This document shows positions 27,291 to 38,084 of a stretch of 52,351 nucleotides of DNA, piece by piece. Under the pieces are notes generated by a model that saw only the letters and a list, made by a program, of their open reading frames with translations, was not told the DNA's origin and did no database searches. Positions within the stretch are counted from its first letter, which is position 1; every line of letters begins with the position of its first letter. The position numbers and the translations under genes are program-made. The DNA is from Alphaproteobacteria bacterium (GTDB lineage: Bacteria > Pseudomonadota > Alphaproteobacteria > JANQMY01): positions 1-52,351 of the forward strand of contig JANQMY010000357.1 of the NCBI GenBank assembly GCA_028279895.1, in the 5' to 3' direction.

Positions 27291-29057
27291 ATGACTTACC
27301 GCTTGTTCCTTACTCGCTTTGCTGCTCTCGGCCTTGCCGCCCTTATCGTGACCGGGTGCGGCAATGGACCGACCCTGCCCGATTGGGCGCCGTTTTCGGG
27401 CGCGGCCGATTCGCCCAAAGTCGACGGGCCGCAAATGGTCAGTTCCGCCAACCCGTTGGCAAGCCAGGCGGGACTGGACGTGCTGAAAAAGGGCGGATCG
27501 GCCGTAGATGCGGCCATCGCGGTCCAAGCCGTGTTGACCCTGGTGGAGCCGCAATCGTCGGGCATCGGCGGTGGGGCGTTTTTGATGCATTGGTCGCCGA
27601 AAACCCAGAAAGTGATCGCCTATGATGGGCGGGAAAAGGCACCGGCCGCCGCAACACCTGAACTGTTCCTGGATGACACGGGCAAGCCCTTCGACTTTTT
27701 GACCGCCGTGCGCAGCGGCCGTTCCGTGGGCGTACCGGGCGCCATTGCTATGTTGGCGGAGGCTCATGAAGAACATGGGCGCCTGCCTTGGGCCGAGCTT
27801 TTCGAACCCGCCATCACCTTGTCGGAACAGGGGTTCGAGGTATCTCCACGGCTTAATCGCATGATGACGCTTGTCCCCGGGTTCGGCGAAACGCCGGCCG
27901 GCAAGGCGCTGTTCTTCGACGCCGACGGCACGCCATTTCCACCGGGGCATCTGCTCAAGAATCCCGACCTGGCGGACTCGCTGCGGACCATTGCCGCCGA
28001 AGGCCCCGAGGGCTTTTACACGGGCGCCATTGCCGAAAAAATCGTTGCCGCCGTGCAGAACGCGCCTGCCAATCCCGGCGCCATGACGCTCGAGGACCTT
28101 GCGTCCTACGAACCCAAAAAGCGCGAGGCGATCTGCAAACCCTACCGCACATGGACCGTTTGCGGCATGCCGCCCCCGTCTTCCGGCGGCGCCACGGTCA
28201 TGCAAATTCTGTCGCTGATTGAAGGCTTCGACATGGCCGCGTTGGCGCCGTCGTCGGTGGAGGCCGTGCATCTGATCACGGAAGCATCGCGCCTGGCCTA
28301 TGCCGACCGGGCACTTTACCTGGCCGACTCCGACTTTGTGGAGATCCCGCTGGACGCGCTGCTCGACAAGGGCTATCTGGCGGAGCGCGCCACCACAATC
28401 CGAACAGACCGGTCGTTAGGCATCGCCAAAGCGGGCACGCCGACCAAAAAAGATAGCCGCCTGAGTCCCCATACGACGCGGGAAGCCCCATCCACCAGCC
28501 ATTTCAGCATTGTGGATGGGGACGGCAATGCGGTGTCCATGACCACGACGGTGGAGTTCGTGTTCGGCAGCAATCTGATCGCAGGCGGCTTCATTCTTAA
28601 CAATCAGCTTACAGACTTTTCACTGGCCCCGGTGGTAAATGGCCGGCAGGTGGCGAACGCCCCCGATGGCGGCAAGCGGCCGCGCAGTTCCATGTCGCCC
28701 ACCTTGATCTTCGACGAACAGGGCAACCTCTACGCGCTGGTCGGATCGCCCGGCGGCAGCCGCATCATCGCCTATGTGGCAAAAACCTTGGTTGGGCTCA
28801 TGGATTGGGGGCTCGACATGCAAACAGCTGTTGCGTTACCTCATCATGTCAACCGCAATGGCTTGTTGGAGCTGGAGGAAGGCACGGCCATCGTCGATCT
28901 GGCGCCGGAACTGGAGAGGCTGGGACACGAAATCAAAATCCGCCCACTGAACAGTGGCCTGCATGGTATTCGCGTGCTGCCTGACGGCACGTTGGAAGGC
29001 GGCGCCGACCCGCGCCGGGAAGGCGTGGCGCTGAGCGACCGGAACGCCGCGCCATAG
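27291..29057 (+). CDS. ggt: gamma-glutamyltransferase (lipoprotein)
   Basis: EPQSSGIGGG, TSHFSIVD, LNNQLTDF, RPRSSMSP, GADPRREG. Confidence 0.95.
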   Translation: MTYRLFLTRFAALGLAALIVTGCGNGPTLPDWAPFSGAADSPKVDGPQMVSSANPLASQAGLDVLKKGGSAVDAAIAVQAVLTLVEPQSSGIGGGAFLMHWSPKTQKVIAYDGREKAPAAATPELFLDDTGKPFDFLTAVRSGRSVGVPGAIAMLAEAHEEHGRLPWAELFEPAITLSEQGFEVSPRLNRMMTLVPGFGETPAGKALFFDADGTPFPPGHLLKNPDLADSLRTIAAEGPEGFYTGAIAEKIVAAVQNAPANPGAMTLEDLASYEPKKREAICKPYRTWTVCGMPPPSSGGATVMQILSLIEGFDMAALAPSSVEAVHLITEASRLAYADRALYLADSDFVEIPLDALLDKGYLAERATTIRTDRSLGIAKAGTPTKKDSRLSPHTTREAPSTSHFSIVDGDGNAVSMTTTVEFVFGSNLIAGGFILNNQLTDFSLAPVVNGRQVANAPDGGKRPRSSMSPTLIFDEQGNLYALVGSPGGSRIIAYVAKTLVGLMDWGLDMQTAVALPHHVNRNGLLELEEGTAIVDLAPELERLGHEIKIRPLNSGLHGIRVLPDGTLEGGADPRREGVALSDRNAAP

Positions 29058-29122
29058 AGCGCCTCGGTTCTCGCGCCTGCAGACAAGGCTCAATCCCGTT
29101 GAGCGATCTGGAAGCGTTCGCT

Positions 29123-30082
29123 TTAGCTTCTGGCGATCGCCGCAAGCCCGCGAAGGGCGACGTCTTTTGCCGTGATCAAATAGGTGGGCATGGGTTCAAG
29201 ATAGGTGTTGAACCGGCCCTTAAGTTCGAAGCGGCGCCGGAACAGGGCCGCATCGAAAAGATCCCCCCACTGAGGAATAATACCACCGGCAATGTAAACG
29301 CCGCCGGTGGCCCCGAAGGCCAACGCCAAATCTCCGGCCACCGCGCCGAGCCAGCCCGTAAAAAGCCGAACGGTTTCCGTAGCCACGGGGTCGGTGCCAC
29401 GCCGCGCCGCCGACACGATATCGACGGCCGTGGGTTTCGCGTCGCGGGTTTGGCCGTCCAGCGCTGACAGCGCCGCATACAGCGTTTCAAGGCCGGGACC
29501 GGATACCACCCGTTCCGCCGACACATGGCCGAATTCCTGCAGCAGTTGGTAAATCACCGAGATTTCCCGGTTGTTGGCAGGCGCCAAATCCACATGGCCG
29601 CCTTCGCCGGTCACCGGCACCCAACCGCCGCACCCGTCAGGCACCAACCCCGCCACCCCTAAACCGGTCCCCGGCCCCACGGCCACTTTCGGACCGGCGC
29701 CCGGTACGGCGTCGTCACACCCAAGCGGTAACAGATCGTCTGCGCCCAAGCCCGGCAGCGCGACCGCAACGGCCCCGAAATCGTTGACCAGATGAACCTT
29801 GGACACGCCCAACACATCCGCGATTTCCCCACCGTTCACGGTCCACGGACAGTTGGTCATCTGTATGACATCGTCCTGCACAGGCCCCGCCGCACACACG
29901 GCCGCCGCGCCAATGGTGACCCCGTCATGGCGGTCCAGGAAATCGCGCAAGGCGCTGGGCAAGTCGGGATACATGGCGGTCAGCCAGACGGAGGGCTCCG
30001 ACGGCATCCGGTCCGGTGCGGCCAGCGCAAAGCGCGCATGGGTCCCCCCGATATCGGCCACCAAAATGTGCGAAGACGACAT
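29123..30082 (-). CDS. glk: glucokinase
   Basis: ADIGGTHARFA, LVNDF, GPGTGLG, EGGH, SAERVVSGPGL. Confidence 0.93.
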   Translation of the reverse strand: MSSSHILVADIGGTHARFALAAPDRMPSEPSVWLTAMYPDLPSALRDFLDRHDGVTIGAAAVCAAGPVQDDVIQMTNCPWTVNGGEIADVLGVSKVHLVNDFGAVAVALPGLGADDLLPLGCDDAVPGAGPKVAVGPGTGLGVAGLVPDGCGGWVPVTGEGGHVDLAPANNREISVIYQLLQEFGHVSAERVVSGPGLETLYAALSALDGQTRDAKPTAVDIVSAARRGTDPVATETVRLFTGWLGAVAGDLALAFGATGGVYIAGGIIPQWGDLFDAALFRRRFELKGRFNTYLEPMPTYLITAKDVALRGLAAIARS

Positions 30083-30091
30083 AGGTGGAAA

Positions 30092-31474
30092 TCAGGCGGC
30101 TTCGCGCCGCTCCACCGATTTCATGCCCTCTATGAAATTGTCGCGCCAGATATTCACATTATTGGCCAGCAAATCGGGCATCATGGTTTGGTGCCGGTCG
30201 CGCCGTTCTTGGAGCGTCATATTCAGCGCCTCGTGCACCGCATCCGCCACCGCCTTCACATCGTAGGGATTGACGATGAGCGCCGACCGCAATTGCGACG
30301 CAGCGCCGGCAAAGCGGGACAAGATCAGGACGCCCGGATCTTCAGGGTCTTGCGCCGCCACATATTCCTTGGCCACCAAATTCATGCCGTCGCGCAGCGG
30401 CGTGACCAGACCGATCCGGCTGGCGCGGTAAAGACCCGCCAATTGGTGGCGCGAAAAGCTGCGGTTAAGGTAACGCAAAGGCGTCCAATCGAATTCCGCG
30501 AAGCGTCCGTTGATGCGTCCGGACGCACCTTCCAGTTCGTGGCGGATGTCCACATATTCTTCCACTTCCGTGCGCGACACCGGCGCAATCTGCATGAAGC
30601 TAACCTTGCGGTGCACGTCGGAATGGTCTTCCAGGAGACGCTCGAAGGACTCGAAACGCTCCGGCAAGCCCTTCGTGTAGTCCAACCGATCGACCCCGAT
30701 GATCTGGTGGCGCCCCTTCAGCATCTCGCGCATGCTGGTATACTGATTAATCGCTTCGGGAGAATCCGCGGACTGGACGAACGTCTCCGTGTCGATCCCG
30801 ATGGGAAACGTGCGCACTTCGATGGTCCGCCCGAAAGCGCGGGCCTTGTTTTCCCACACCTCGCCGCCCAATTCACGCACCACATAGTCTTGAAACATGC
30901 GCCGGTCGCGGTCGGTTTGAAACCCGAGAACATCATATGCGAACAACGCTTCCACAAGCTTGTCGTGACGCGGCAAGGTAATGAAGACCTCGCGCGACGG
31001 GAACGGAATGTGCAAGAAAAAACCGATGGGCTGCGTGCACTTCAGCCGACGCAATTCCTGGCCAAAGGCGAGGAAGTGATAATCATGCACCCAAATGAGA
31101 TCGTTCGGTTGGAGCAACGGCACCAGGCCTTCCGCGAACTGCGCGTTGACCTGCTGATAGGTTTCGTAATAGCGCCGGTCGAACGAAGTAAGGTCGATAC
31201 GGTAGTGAAACAGCGGCCAAAGTGTCCGGTTGGCGAAACCGTTATAGTATTGCTCGTAATCCTGGTCGGTGAGGTCCAAGGTGGCCAGCGTAATATCGCC
31301 ATCCTGCACCATACGCAGCCGGCCATCATTGGCTTCGGAGGTTTCGCCGCTCCAGCCGTACCAGAGGCCACCTGCCGCGCTCAGCGCCTCCACCAGGGCC
31401 ACGGCCAGCCCCCCGGCACGGGCGGCGTCTTTCACGGTGCCCACTCTATTCGATACGACCACCAGGCGGTTCAT
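30092..31474 (-). CDS. otsA: trehalose-6-phosphate synthase
   Basis: RLVVVSNR, WVHDYH, FFLHIPFP, VDRLDYTKG, DGMNLVAKEY. Confidence 0.95.
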   Translation of the reverse strand: MNRLVVVSNRVGTVKDAARAGGLAVALVEALSAAGGLWYGWSGETSEANDGRLRMVQDGDITLATLDLTDQDYEQYYNGFANRTLWPLFHYRIDLTSFDRRYYETYQQVNAQFAEGLVPLLQPNDLIWVHDYHFLAFGQELRRLKCTQPIGFFLHIPFPSREVFITLPRHDKLVEALFAYDVLGFQTDRDRRMFQDYVVRELGGEVWENKARAFGRTIEVRTFPIGIDTETFVQSADSPEAINQYTSMREMLKGRHQIIGVDRLDYTKGLPERFESFERLLEDHSDVHRKVSFMQIAPVSRTEVEEYVDIRHELEGASGRINGRFAEFDWTPLRYLNRSFSRHQLAGLYRASRIGLVTPLRDGMNLVAKEYVAAQDPEDPGVLILSRFAGAASQLRSALIVNPYDVKAVADAVHEALNMTLQERRDRHQTMMPDLLANNVNIWRDNFIEGMKSVERREAA

Positions 31475-33255
31475 ACCCGCTCCTCCCACCGGGCGCTCAA
31501 GCCGCGCGCGGCATTTATAATGCCGACCAGCGAGTAGGTTTGAGGAAAATTGCCCCACAATTCGCCGGTCTGCGGATTTACGTCTTCAGACAAAAGCCCA
31601 AGATGATTACGACACGATAACATGGTTTCGAAAATCTCGCGGGCTTCTTGCATCCGCCCCGTGCGCACCAATGCATCAATGTACCAAAACGTGCAGATGT
31701 TGAAGGCATTTTCCGGCACGCCGAAATCATCGGCAATTTGATACCGGTAGAGGTGGTGGCCTTTTTTGAGGCCGCGTTCGATAGCTTTCACAGTGGATTG
31801 AAAGCGGGGATCCATCGGATCGATGAATCCCACTTCGGCCATGAGCAGCAGGCTCGCATCCAAACCGTCGCCGTCGAAGCTTTCGACAAAGGCGCCGATC
31901 TTGTCGTTCCAACTGCGTTTGAGAATGGTGTCCTTGATCGTGTCCGCGCGGTGCCGCCAGAAGATGGCCCGGTCCTTTTGCCGGATGTGGTGGGCGATCT
32001 TCGATAAACGGTCGCACGCAGCCCAACACATCAGGCTGGACGAGGTGTGGACGCGGGCGCGGGTGCGCAGTTCCCACATGCCGGCATCGGCTTGGTCATA
32101 TAATCGGAATGCCTGTTCGCCGACGGTTTCCAGCCGCCAGAAATCGTCATAGGACGTCGATTTCAGAAGCCGGCTGTCGAAAAATGCCTGGGACTCGGCC
32201 AGAATCACATTGCCGTACACATCGTGCTGGTAGTGCTCGTAGGCCTGATTGCCTACACGCACCGGCCCCATGCCGCGATAACCCACAAAATTGTCGATGG
32301 TACGCTCGGTCAGTTCCGATTCCAGGCCAATGCCGTAGACGGGCTGCAAGTGCCCATCATCACGCGCCATGCCCACAATGTTGGTCATGTAGCGGTGGAA
32401 ATCCTCCATGGTTTCGACTTCGGCCAGCGCATTCAGTGCCCGCACCACAAAAAAAGCGTCTCGCAGCCAGCAATATCGGTAATCCCAGTTGCGCTGGGAA
32501 TCAGGCGCCTCGGGAATACTGGTGGTCATGGCGGCAATGATCGCGCCGGTTTCTTCAAAGGCGCAGAGCTTCAGGGTAATCGCCGCTCGAATAACGGCTT
32601 CCTGCCATTCGATGGGCAAGGCCAGACGCCGCACCCAAACACGCCAATATTCGGTGGTACGTTCCTCGAAGTCCCGGGCGGTGTCTTCGATGCCGTTTTG
32701 CAGCGTCTCATCGGGCCCCAGCACAAGATCGAGCGGCCGCTGCAACACAAAAGGCGTTTCCTGCAACACATAGGAAACCGGCGCATTGGTGGTCAGGCGC
32801 AGAGTCAGCCCACTGGACACATAGCGCACATGATTGCTGCCATGGGTGATTTGCGGACCGACGCTGCCATACTCGAAGCGGGGCCGCATGCGAATGCGAA
32901 TACGTGGATTTCCGTGCAGCGGCCGAATCCGGCGCACCAATGTGTTCGGCCGGAACATGCGCCCCCGATTGTAGAAGCGTGGCGCGAAATCGATGATTTC
33001 GACGCTGCTGCCGTTATTGTCGTGCAGCACCGTCCGTAAGACCGCCGTGTTGCGCAGATACATTTGTTCGGACCGGGTATAGTTCTCCAGCGCAACATCG
33101 AAGAAGCCCGCTTGCGACCCATTCGAATTGACCAGCTCGTGGAAAACCGGATCACCGTCGAAACGCGGCATGCACGACCAGACGATCCGCGCCTTTTCAT
33201 CTATCAGTGCGCTGAACGAACAGTTCCCGATGACACCCAAATTGAGTGTGGACAT
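31471..33255 (-). CDS. glycoside hydrolase family 15 (trehalase-like)
   Basis: AAMTTSIPE..RNWDYRYCWLRD, GLLSED, GNFPQTYS. Confidence 0.93.
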   Translation of the reverse strand: MSTLNLGVIGNCSFSALIDEKARIVWSCMPRFDGDPVFHELVNSNGSQAGFFDVALENYTRSEQMYLRNTAVLRTVLHDNNGSSVEIIDFAPRFYNRGRMFRPNTLVRRIRPLHGNPRIRIRMRPRFEYGSVGPQITHGSNHVRYVSSGLTLRLTTNAPVSYVLQETPFVLQRPLDLVLGPDETLQNGIEDTARDFEERTTEYWRVWVRRLALPIEWQEAVIRAAITLKLCAFEETGAIIAAMTTSIPEAPDSQRNWDYRYCWLRDAFFVVRALNALAEVETMEDFHRYMTNIVGMARDDGHLQPVYGIGLESELTERTIDNFVGYRGMGPVRVGNQAYEHYQHDVYGNVILAESQAFFDSRLLKSTSYDDFWRLETVGEQAFRLYDQADAGMWELRTRARVHTSSSLMCWAACDRLSKIAHHIRQKDRAIFWRHRADTIKDTILKRSWNDKIGAFVESFDGDGLDASLLLMAEVGFIDPMDPRFQSTVKAIERGLKKGHHLYRYQIADDFGVPENAFNICTFWYIDALVRTGRMQEAREIFETMLSCRNHLGLLSEDVNPQTGELWGNFPQTYSLVGIINAARGLSARWEERV

Positions 33256-33309
33256 ACGGCATTTTCCCCTTGGACGCTTTTGCCGGCGGCAATCGAGCGC
33301 CTCTAACCT

Positions 33310-34056
33310 TTAGGAATCCCCTGCGGCTAAGCTATCACGCATTTGCTTAAGCCAGATTAAGACATCGCCCACACCATCCAGGCGATGGCCGGCCCGCGTC
33401 GCGCCGGGCCCCACCTTTACGGTGATGCCCTGCAAATCGTTGACCAATTGGAAACCATCTTCATCGGTCACGTCATCGCCGACCATTACCGGCACACGCC
33501 CCCGAAACGGCGGGACAGCCATAAGCGCCTGAACGGCCACACCTTTGTTCATGTCGACCGGCCGTGCTTCCAGTACCATTTTGCCTTCCAACACTTCCAG
33601 AGCCGGAAACGGCAACACCGCCGACTGCACAGTTTTTCGGCAAAGCGATGCTTTGTCAGGCGCTTGGCGATAGTGGAGCGCCACGGTTAGCTGCTTGTCT
33701 TCGAGCAGTAACCGGTTATCTGTCGCGGCGAGCTGCGTCATCGCCTTCTTGACCGAGTCAAGATCAGTCCGATGGGTGTCGGTCTGTTCCATACGGCCAT
33801 CAGGCAGACGGCGTTCCAAACCATGCAGACCCGCAACCGGCAGACGGGCGGGGGCCAGTAGCGTATCGATCTGGGCAATCGGCCGCCCGGAGACGATGGC
33901 CACGGCGCCCCCCAACCATGTCTCGAGTTGACCGAGCAGCGACGGCAGATCAGCGTCGATGCGTACCGCATCGGGCGACGCCGCAATCTCTGTCAACGTG
34001 CCGTCAAAATCGAGAAACAGCGCCCAAGCGTGCGGTGAAGGCGGAAGTGGCAGCAT
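33310..34056 (-). CDS. otsB: trehalose-6-phosphate phosphatase
   Basis: FLDFDGTL, VSGR, GDDVTDEDGF HAD motifs; clustered with otsA. Confidence 0.93.
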   Translation of the reverse strand: MLPLPPSPHAWALFLDFDGTLTEIAASPDAVRIDADLPSLLGQLETWLGGAVAIVSGRPIAQIDTLLAPARLPVAGLHGLERRLPDGRMEQTDTHRTDLDSVKKAMTQLAATDNRLLLEDKQLTVALHYRQAPDKASLCRKTVQSAVLPFPALEVLEGKMVLEARPVDMNKGVAVQALMAVPPFRGRVPVMVGDDVTDEDGFQLVNDLQGITVKVGPGATRAGHRLDGVGDVLIWLKQMRDSLAAGDS

Positions 34057-34117
34057 AAGCAGAGTGGCGTGTCTCGTTGGTTACGCAAATGATCGCCGAC
34101 ACGCGGCAACGTTCCAG

Positions 34118-34795
34118 CTATCGGATGCGTTTCAAAACTTCCTTGGCCAAATCTCGAATTTCCGTCGCCGCAAGGGAACTCGGCTCCGTTTCGGTAACCC
34201 CCTTGCCGGTCATCAGACTGGAGGCGTAGGCCGTCCGGTTCCCCAGCGTTGACCGTGCGATCGGCAGATCTTCATTTTCCAGACGGTCTTTAAGATCGGT
34301 TGCCAATCGCCCGCGTGCGGGCACCCGATTGAAGACCATCAAAACGGGCCGCCGCTCTTTCTTGATTAGGTCCATTGTGGCGCGCGTGGCCCAGATATCC
34401 ATGGGGCTGAGCTGCAGCGGCACGACCACGATGTCGGCATGCCGGATGCCGATCCGCGTTGAGGTTTCCGAATGGGGTGGACTGTCGATAATGATGAGAT
34501 CCGAATTCTTTTGGGCGGTCTGAATTTCGGCATTCACCTTCCAGCCCGCCCCTTTGCGCAAAACCAACGAGTCGTTATCGACACCCCGTTCTTCACGGGT
34601 TTCGTACCAGGTCGACAGGCTACCCTGAGGGTCCAAATCCACCAGCGTAATGGTCCGCTGTTTTGGGTCCTCACTAATGGCGCCGTTCTTCGGGATTCCC
34701 TTATTGTTCGACGCCCAATAGGCTGCCAAATGCGCGGCCAACGATGTTTTGCCCGCCCCCCCTTTTTGCTGGGCAATGGTAATCACCTTTGCCAT
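34118..34795 (-). CDS. ParA family ATPase (short, orphan)
   Basis: QQKGGAGKT deviant Walker A, DLDPQGS, IIDSPP. Confidence 0.9.
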   Translation of the reverse strand: MAKVITIAQQKGGAGKTSLAAHLAAYWASNNKGIPKNGAISEDPKQRTITLVDLDPQGSLSTWYETREERGVDNDSLVLRKGAGWKVNAEIQTAQKNSDLIIIDSPPHSETSTRIGIRHADIVVVPLQLSPMDIWATRATMDLIKKERRPVLMVFNRVPARGRLATDLKDRLENEDLPIARSTLGNRTAYASSLMTGKGVTETEPSSLAATEIRDLAKEVLKRIR

Positions 34796-35066
34796 GGGTA
34801 CCGCCTCCTGCAGGTTGTTCGGTATCAATCGCCTCTTGTGATCTTGTCCTAGAGCCGTTTTGGTTTTAATTGAAACACAAAACGGCTCCAGACTCTTTGT
34901 TTTGCGCGTTTCCGCCAATAGACTTTGGGCGGTGAACCGGTTGCCACCCATCGGGTCAAGCCCGAGGGCATGCTTCACCTGGAAACGCTATAGATTTACG
35001 GCGAGTCGCCAATCGACTCAAGCACTTGAAATTGCACACGAAACAGGCGCTATGCACTCTGTGGGC

Positions 35067-36536
35067 TCAGGCGGATTTGGGAATTTCCACCCGGAACACG
35101 GTGCCGGTTTCGTCCGTCTTGAGCAGCGACACATTCCCGCCTTGAGCGCGGGCCAGTTCTTGCGCGATGGCGAGGCCAAGCCCAGTGCCACCGGGGCGGA
35201 CGCTGCCGGAAAAAGCCTTGAAAAGATTTTCCCGGGCGCGCTCCGGCACGCCCGGACCGTTGTCGCAAACGTCAATGACGACCATCTGACCGTTCGGCGT
35301 GGCCGTGACACGAAGCAATCCGTCTTGGTCCTGATTTTCAAGAATCTGGATCGCGTTCTGACAAAGATTCATCATGACCCGATAAAGTTGGTCCGGATCG
35401 GCTGAGACCTGCAGGTCGCCGGGAACGTCCAATGACCAGGCAATCGGTCTTGCTTCCGGCAGGGGCGTCGACGCTTTCACCTCGTCGATCAGATCGCACA
35501 ACCGCACGGATTGAATGACCGGCGCCGCCTCTTCGGACTTGCCGTATTGGAGGGTTTGCGTGGTGAGATGAATGGCTCGGTCGATGGTTTTGAGCAGGCG
35601 GGGCGACAGTTTTTGAACCGTCGGATCCGACAGACCCGCCAACCGGTCCACCACCAACTGGCTTGATGCGAGAATGTTACGCAGATCATGATTTATTTTG
35701 CTCATCGCCGTGCCAAGGGCAGCGAGACGGCTTTTCTGATTGAGCGCCTCACGGATGGTTTTCTGCATGTCCGCAAGTTCACGCTCGGCAACCCCCACCT
35801 CATCCCGGCGATAGGTCGGCATGATGACTTGGCGGGCATCCTCCGGATTGGCACGAAAAGCCATCATGTTGTCGGTAATGCGCCGCATGGGCCGCACCAT
35901 CATACTGTTCAGCACAAAGAAAATTGCCGTGCCGGTGGCGACAGATATGAACAAGGACAGCCAAAAGATTCTTAGTGCAAAACTGCGCAGCTCCTGCTGC
36001 AAAGGCTGCTCGCTCACAATGATTTCGATTGTATCATCGCCGCCATAACGGCCCGGACCAACGACACGCAACATCCGGTCTTCCCGTGATACCAGCGTGC
36101 CGAATGATGCAGCGATCATATCCAAGGTAGTTTCGGTGCGCAGATCGTATTGCACATCGATCGGTTCGGTCATGTCCGGCGGCAAGATCAATTGCCGCGT
36201 ATTGTCCCGCTTCACCGAGACGCCTTTGACTTCTGCCTTGGCTAAGATTTGGCGGCGCAGTTCGTCCGGCACGATGGCTTGTTCGCCGGCCACTTCAAGC
36301 GCGAGCGTGGCAATCTGGGCGGCGCCCAGCCGCTCCATCAGCCATTCGTCGCGATGCCGGGCAACCGACGGCACGAACACCAAGACCTCGACAATCATCA
36401 CCACAATGATCGTCAGCACCAATAGGCGCCCCGAAAGACTGTTCGGGAGGTTCGCAATCCAGGCACGCGCGCTTTCTAGCACCGATGTCGCCTTTGCCTT
36501 AGTTTGTTGCATGCCACCCGTCGATAGTTCCGCCAC
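35067..36536 (-). CDS. HAMP-domain sensor histidine kinase
   Basis: Two TMs, HDLRN H-box, NLCQNA, DNGPG, GTGLGL. Confidence 0.93.
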   Translation of the reverse strand: MAELSTGGMQQTKAKATSVLESARAWIANLPNSLSGRLLVLTIIVVMIVEVLVFVPSVARHRDEWLMERLGAAQIATLALEVAGEQAIVPDELRRQILAKAEVKGVSVKRDNTRQLILPPDMTEPIDVQYDLRTETTLDMIAASFGTLVSREDRMLRVVGPGRYGGDDTIEIIVSEQPLQQELRSFALRIFWLSLFISVATGTAIFFVLNSMMVRPMRRITDNMMAFRANPEDARQVIMPTYRRDEVGVAERELADMQKTIREALNQKSRLAALGTAMSKINHDLRNILASSQLVVDRLAGLSDPTVQKLSPRLLKTIDRAIHLTTQTLQYGKSEEAAPVIQSVRLCDLIDEVKASTPLPEARPIAWSLDVPGDLQVSADPDQLYRVMMNLCQNAIQILENQDQDGLLRVTATPNGQMVVIDVCDNGPGVPERARENLFKAFSGSVRPGGTGLGLAIAQELARAQGGNVSLLKTDETGTVFRVEIPKSA

Positions 36537-36621
36537 CTGGTGAGCATGGACCCTGATCAGGCGTTAGATCTCAGTATATTTCAAGCCTAAAGAAGGGAAA
36601 TGACCTGAACGTGAAATGTGA

Positions 36622-38046
36622 TCAGCCAAATTTGCTCAGCAAGGCGACCAGACGCCGCGTGCGGGGGCTGAACAATGTGGGCGTATAGAACGAACTAGCG
36701 ACCCGCTTACTGATCTCGCCCATGGTCGGGTACGGCGCAATCAAGCTGGTGAACGCCCTGATTTTTAGTTTCTGGGAGATCGCCAGGATCCAGGGTTGCA
36801 GCAAATCGCCCGCATTGGGCGCCACGATCGTAGCCCCCAAGATCTTGCCGTTCTTTGCCACGATCACCTTGATCATGCCCGTCGTTTTACGCTCCGCCTG
36901 CGCCCGATCGTTTTCAGCCAGCGGCCAGCGCAAGACGCTGATTTGATGGCCCGCTTCCACAGCCTGCACCTCGCTAAGCCCTACATGGGCCAGTTCCGGG
37001 TCGGTATAGGTGACCCAAGGCACCGCCGAATGGTCCGCCTTTGCCGGCACGCGAAACAGCGCATTTTGCACGACAATGCCCGAGTGATACCCGGCCACAT
37101 GCGTGAACTGCAGTCCGCCCGCCACATCACCGATGGCAAAGACCCGTTTGTTGCTGGTGCGCAACCGCTGATCCACCTCGATGCCGCGCTTGGAATACTT
37201 AATGCCGGCTGCTTCAAGATTGAGACCGTCGACCGTGGGCGCACGACCGGCAGCCACCAGCAGATGCGACCCCTCCAGCCGCTGTTGGGCCTCGCCCTCG
37301 CCGATCATCACGGCGACCCCGTCGCCATTTTTCTCAACGCCAGTGACCGGCAGCCCTTCAAGCACTTCAATACCTTCCTTGCGCAGCTCGTCCAGGACAA
37401 TCGCGCTCATCTCCGGATCGTCTTTTGAGAAGGCCTTCGACGCTTCAACCACGGTAACGCGCGCGCCCAAGCGGCGGTGCGCCTGTGCCATCTCCATTCC
37501 GATGGGCCCACCGCCGATGATCAGCAGATGTTCCGGGCAATCCGTATTGTCGAAGATGACCTCGTTGGTCAGAAAGGGGACGTCCTGCAACCCCGGAATG
37601 GGCGGTATGGCCGGTACCGAGCCGGTCGAGACGACAAAGCGCCGTGCACTGACGGTATAGTCTCCGACTTCCACCTGGCTCTTGTTTTTGAAACGGGCAG
37701 CCGCCTGAATGACCTGAACGCCCAGTCCCTCAAACCGTTCTACTGAATCGATGGGGGCGATCTCGTCGATGACGCCATGGACGTGGTCATGAACGGCCCG
37801 GAAGTCCACTTGCGCTTCTTGGCGAGCGATACCGAACGGTTCGCCTGCGGACATATACTTGGCGTGCTTTGCTGCCGACAGCAGCGCTTTCGACGGCACA
37901 CAGCCGTAATTCAGGCAGTCGCCGCCCATTTTTCCTTTTTCGATCAGGACGGTCTTCCGGCCCAGCATGGCGGCGCCCGCAGCGACGGCCAGGCCGCCCG
38001 AGCCGCCGCCGATGACACAAATGTCGGCTTTGATGTGCTTTGCCAT
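36622..38046 (-). CDS. dihydrolipoyl dehydrogenase family FAD-dependent disulfide oxidoreductase
   Basis: GGGSGG, GGDCLNYGCVPSK, GGGPIG, PYPT. Confidence 0.88.
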   Translation of the reverse strand: MAKHIKADICVIGGGSGGLAVAAGAAMLGRKTVLIEKGKMGGDCLNYGCVPSKALLSAAKHAKYMSAGEPFGIARQEAQVDFRAVHDHVHGVIDEIAPIDSVERFEGLGVQVIQAAARFKNKSQVEVGDYTVSARRFVVSTGSVPAIPPIPGLQDVPFLTNEVIFDNTDCPEHLLIIGGGPIGMEMAQAHRRLGARVTVVEASKAFSKDDPEMSAIVLDELRKEGIEVLEGLPVTGVEKNGDGVAVMIGEGEAQQRLEGSHLLVAAGRAPTVDGLNLEAAGIKYSKRGIEVDQRLRTSNKRVFAIGDVAGGLQFTHVAGYHSGIVVQNALFRVPAKADHSAVPWVTYTDPELAHVGLSEVQAVEAGHQISVLRWPLAENDRAQAERKTTGMIKVIVAKNGKILGATIVAPNAGDLLQPWILAISQKLKIRAFTSLIAPYPTMGEISKRVASSFYTPTLFSPRTRRLVALLSKFG

Positions 38047-38084
38047 CGTTCCCGCTCCCCTAAATTTTGGTTTGGTTCGGTGGA

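Noticed and set aside
29792-31537. 581-aa plus-strand ORF
   Set aside because: Antisense to otsA/glk, which have clear motifs; shadow ORF.
34118-34795. Plasmid or chromosome partition locus
   Set aside because: No adjacent parB or parS seen; orphan short ParA in core context.
36622-38046. Mercuric reductase merA
   Set aside because: No C-terminal Cys-Cys pair, no HMA domain and no mer operon; left as Lpd-family oxidoreductase.
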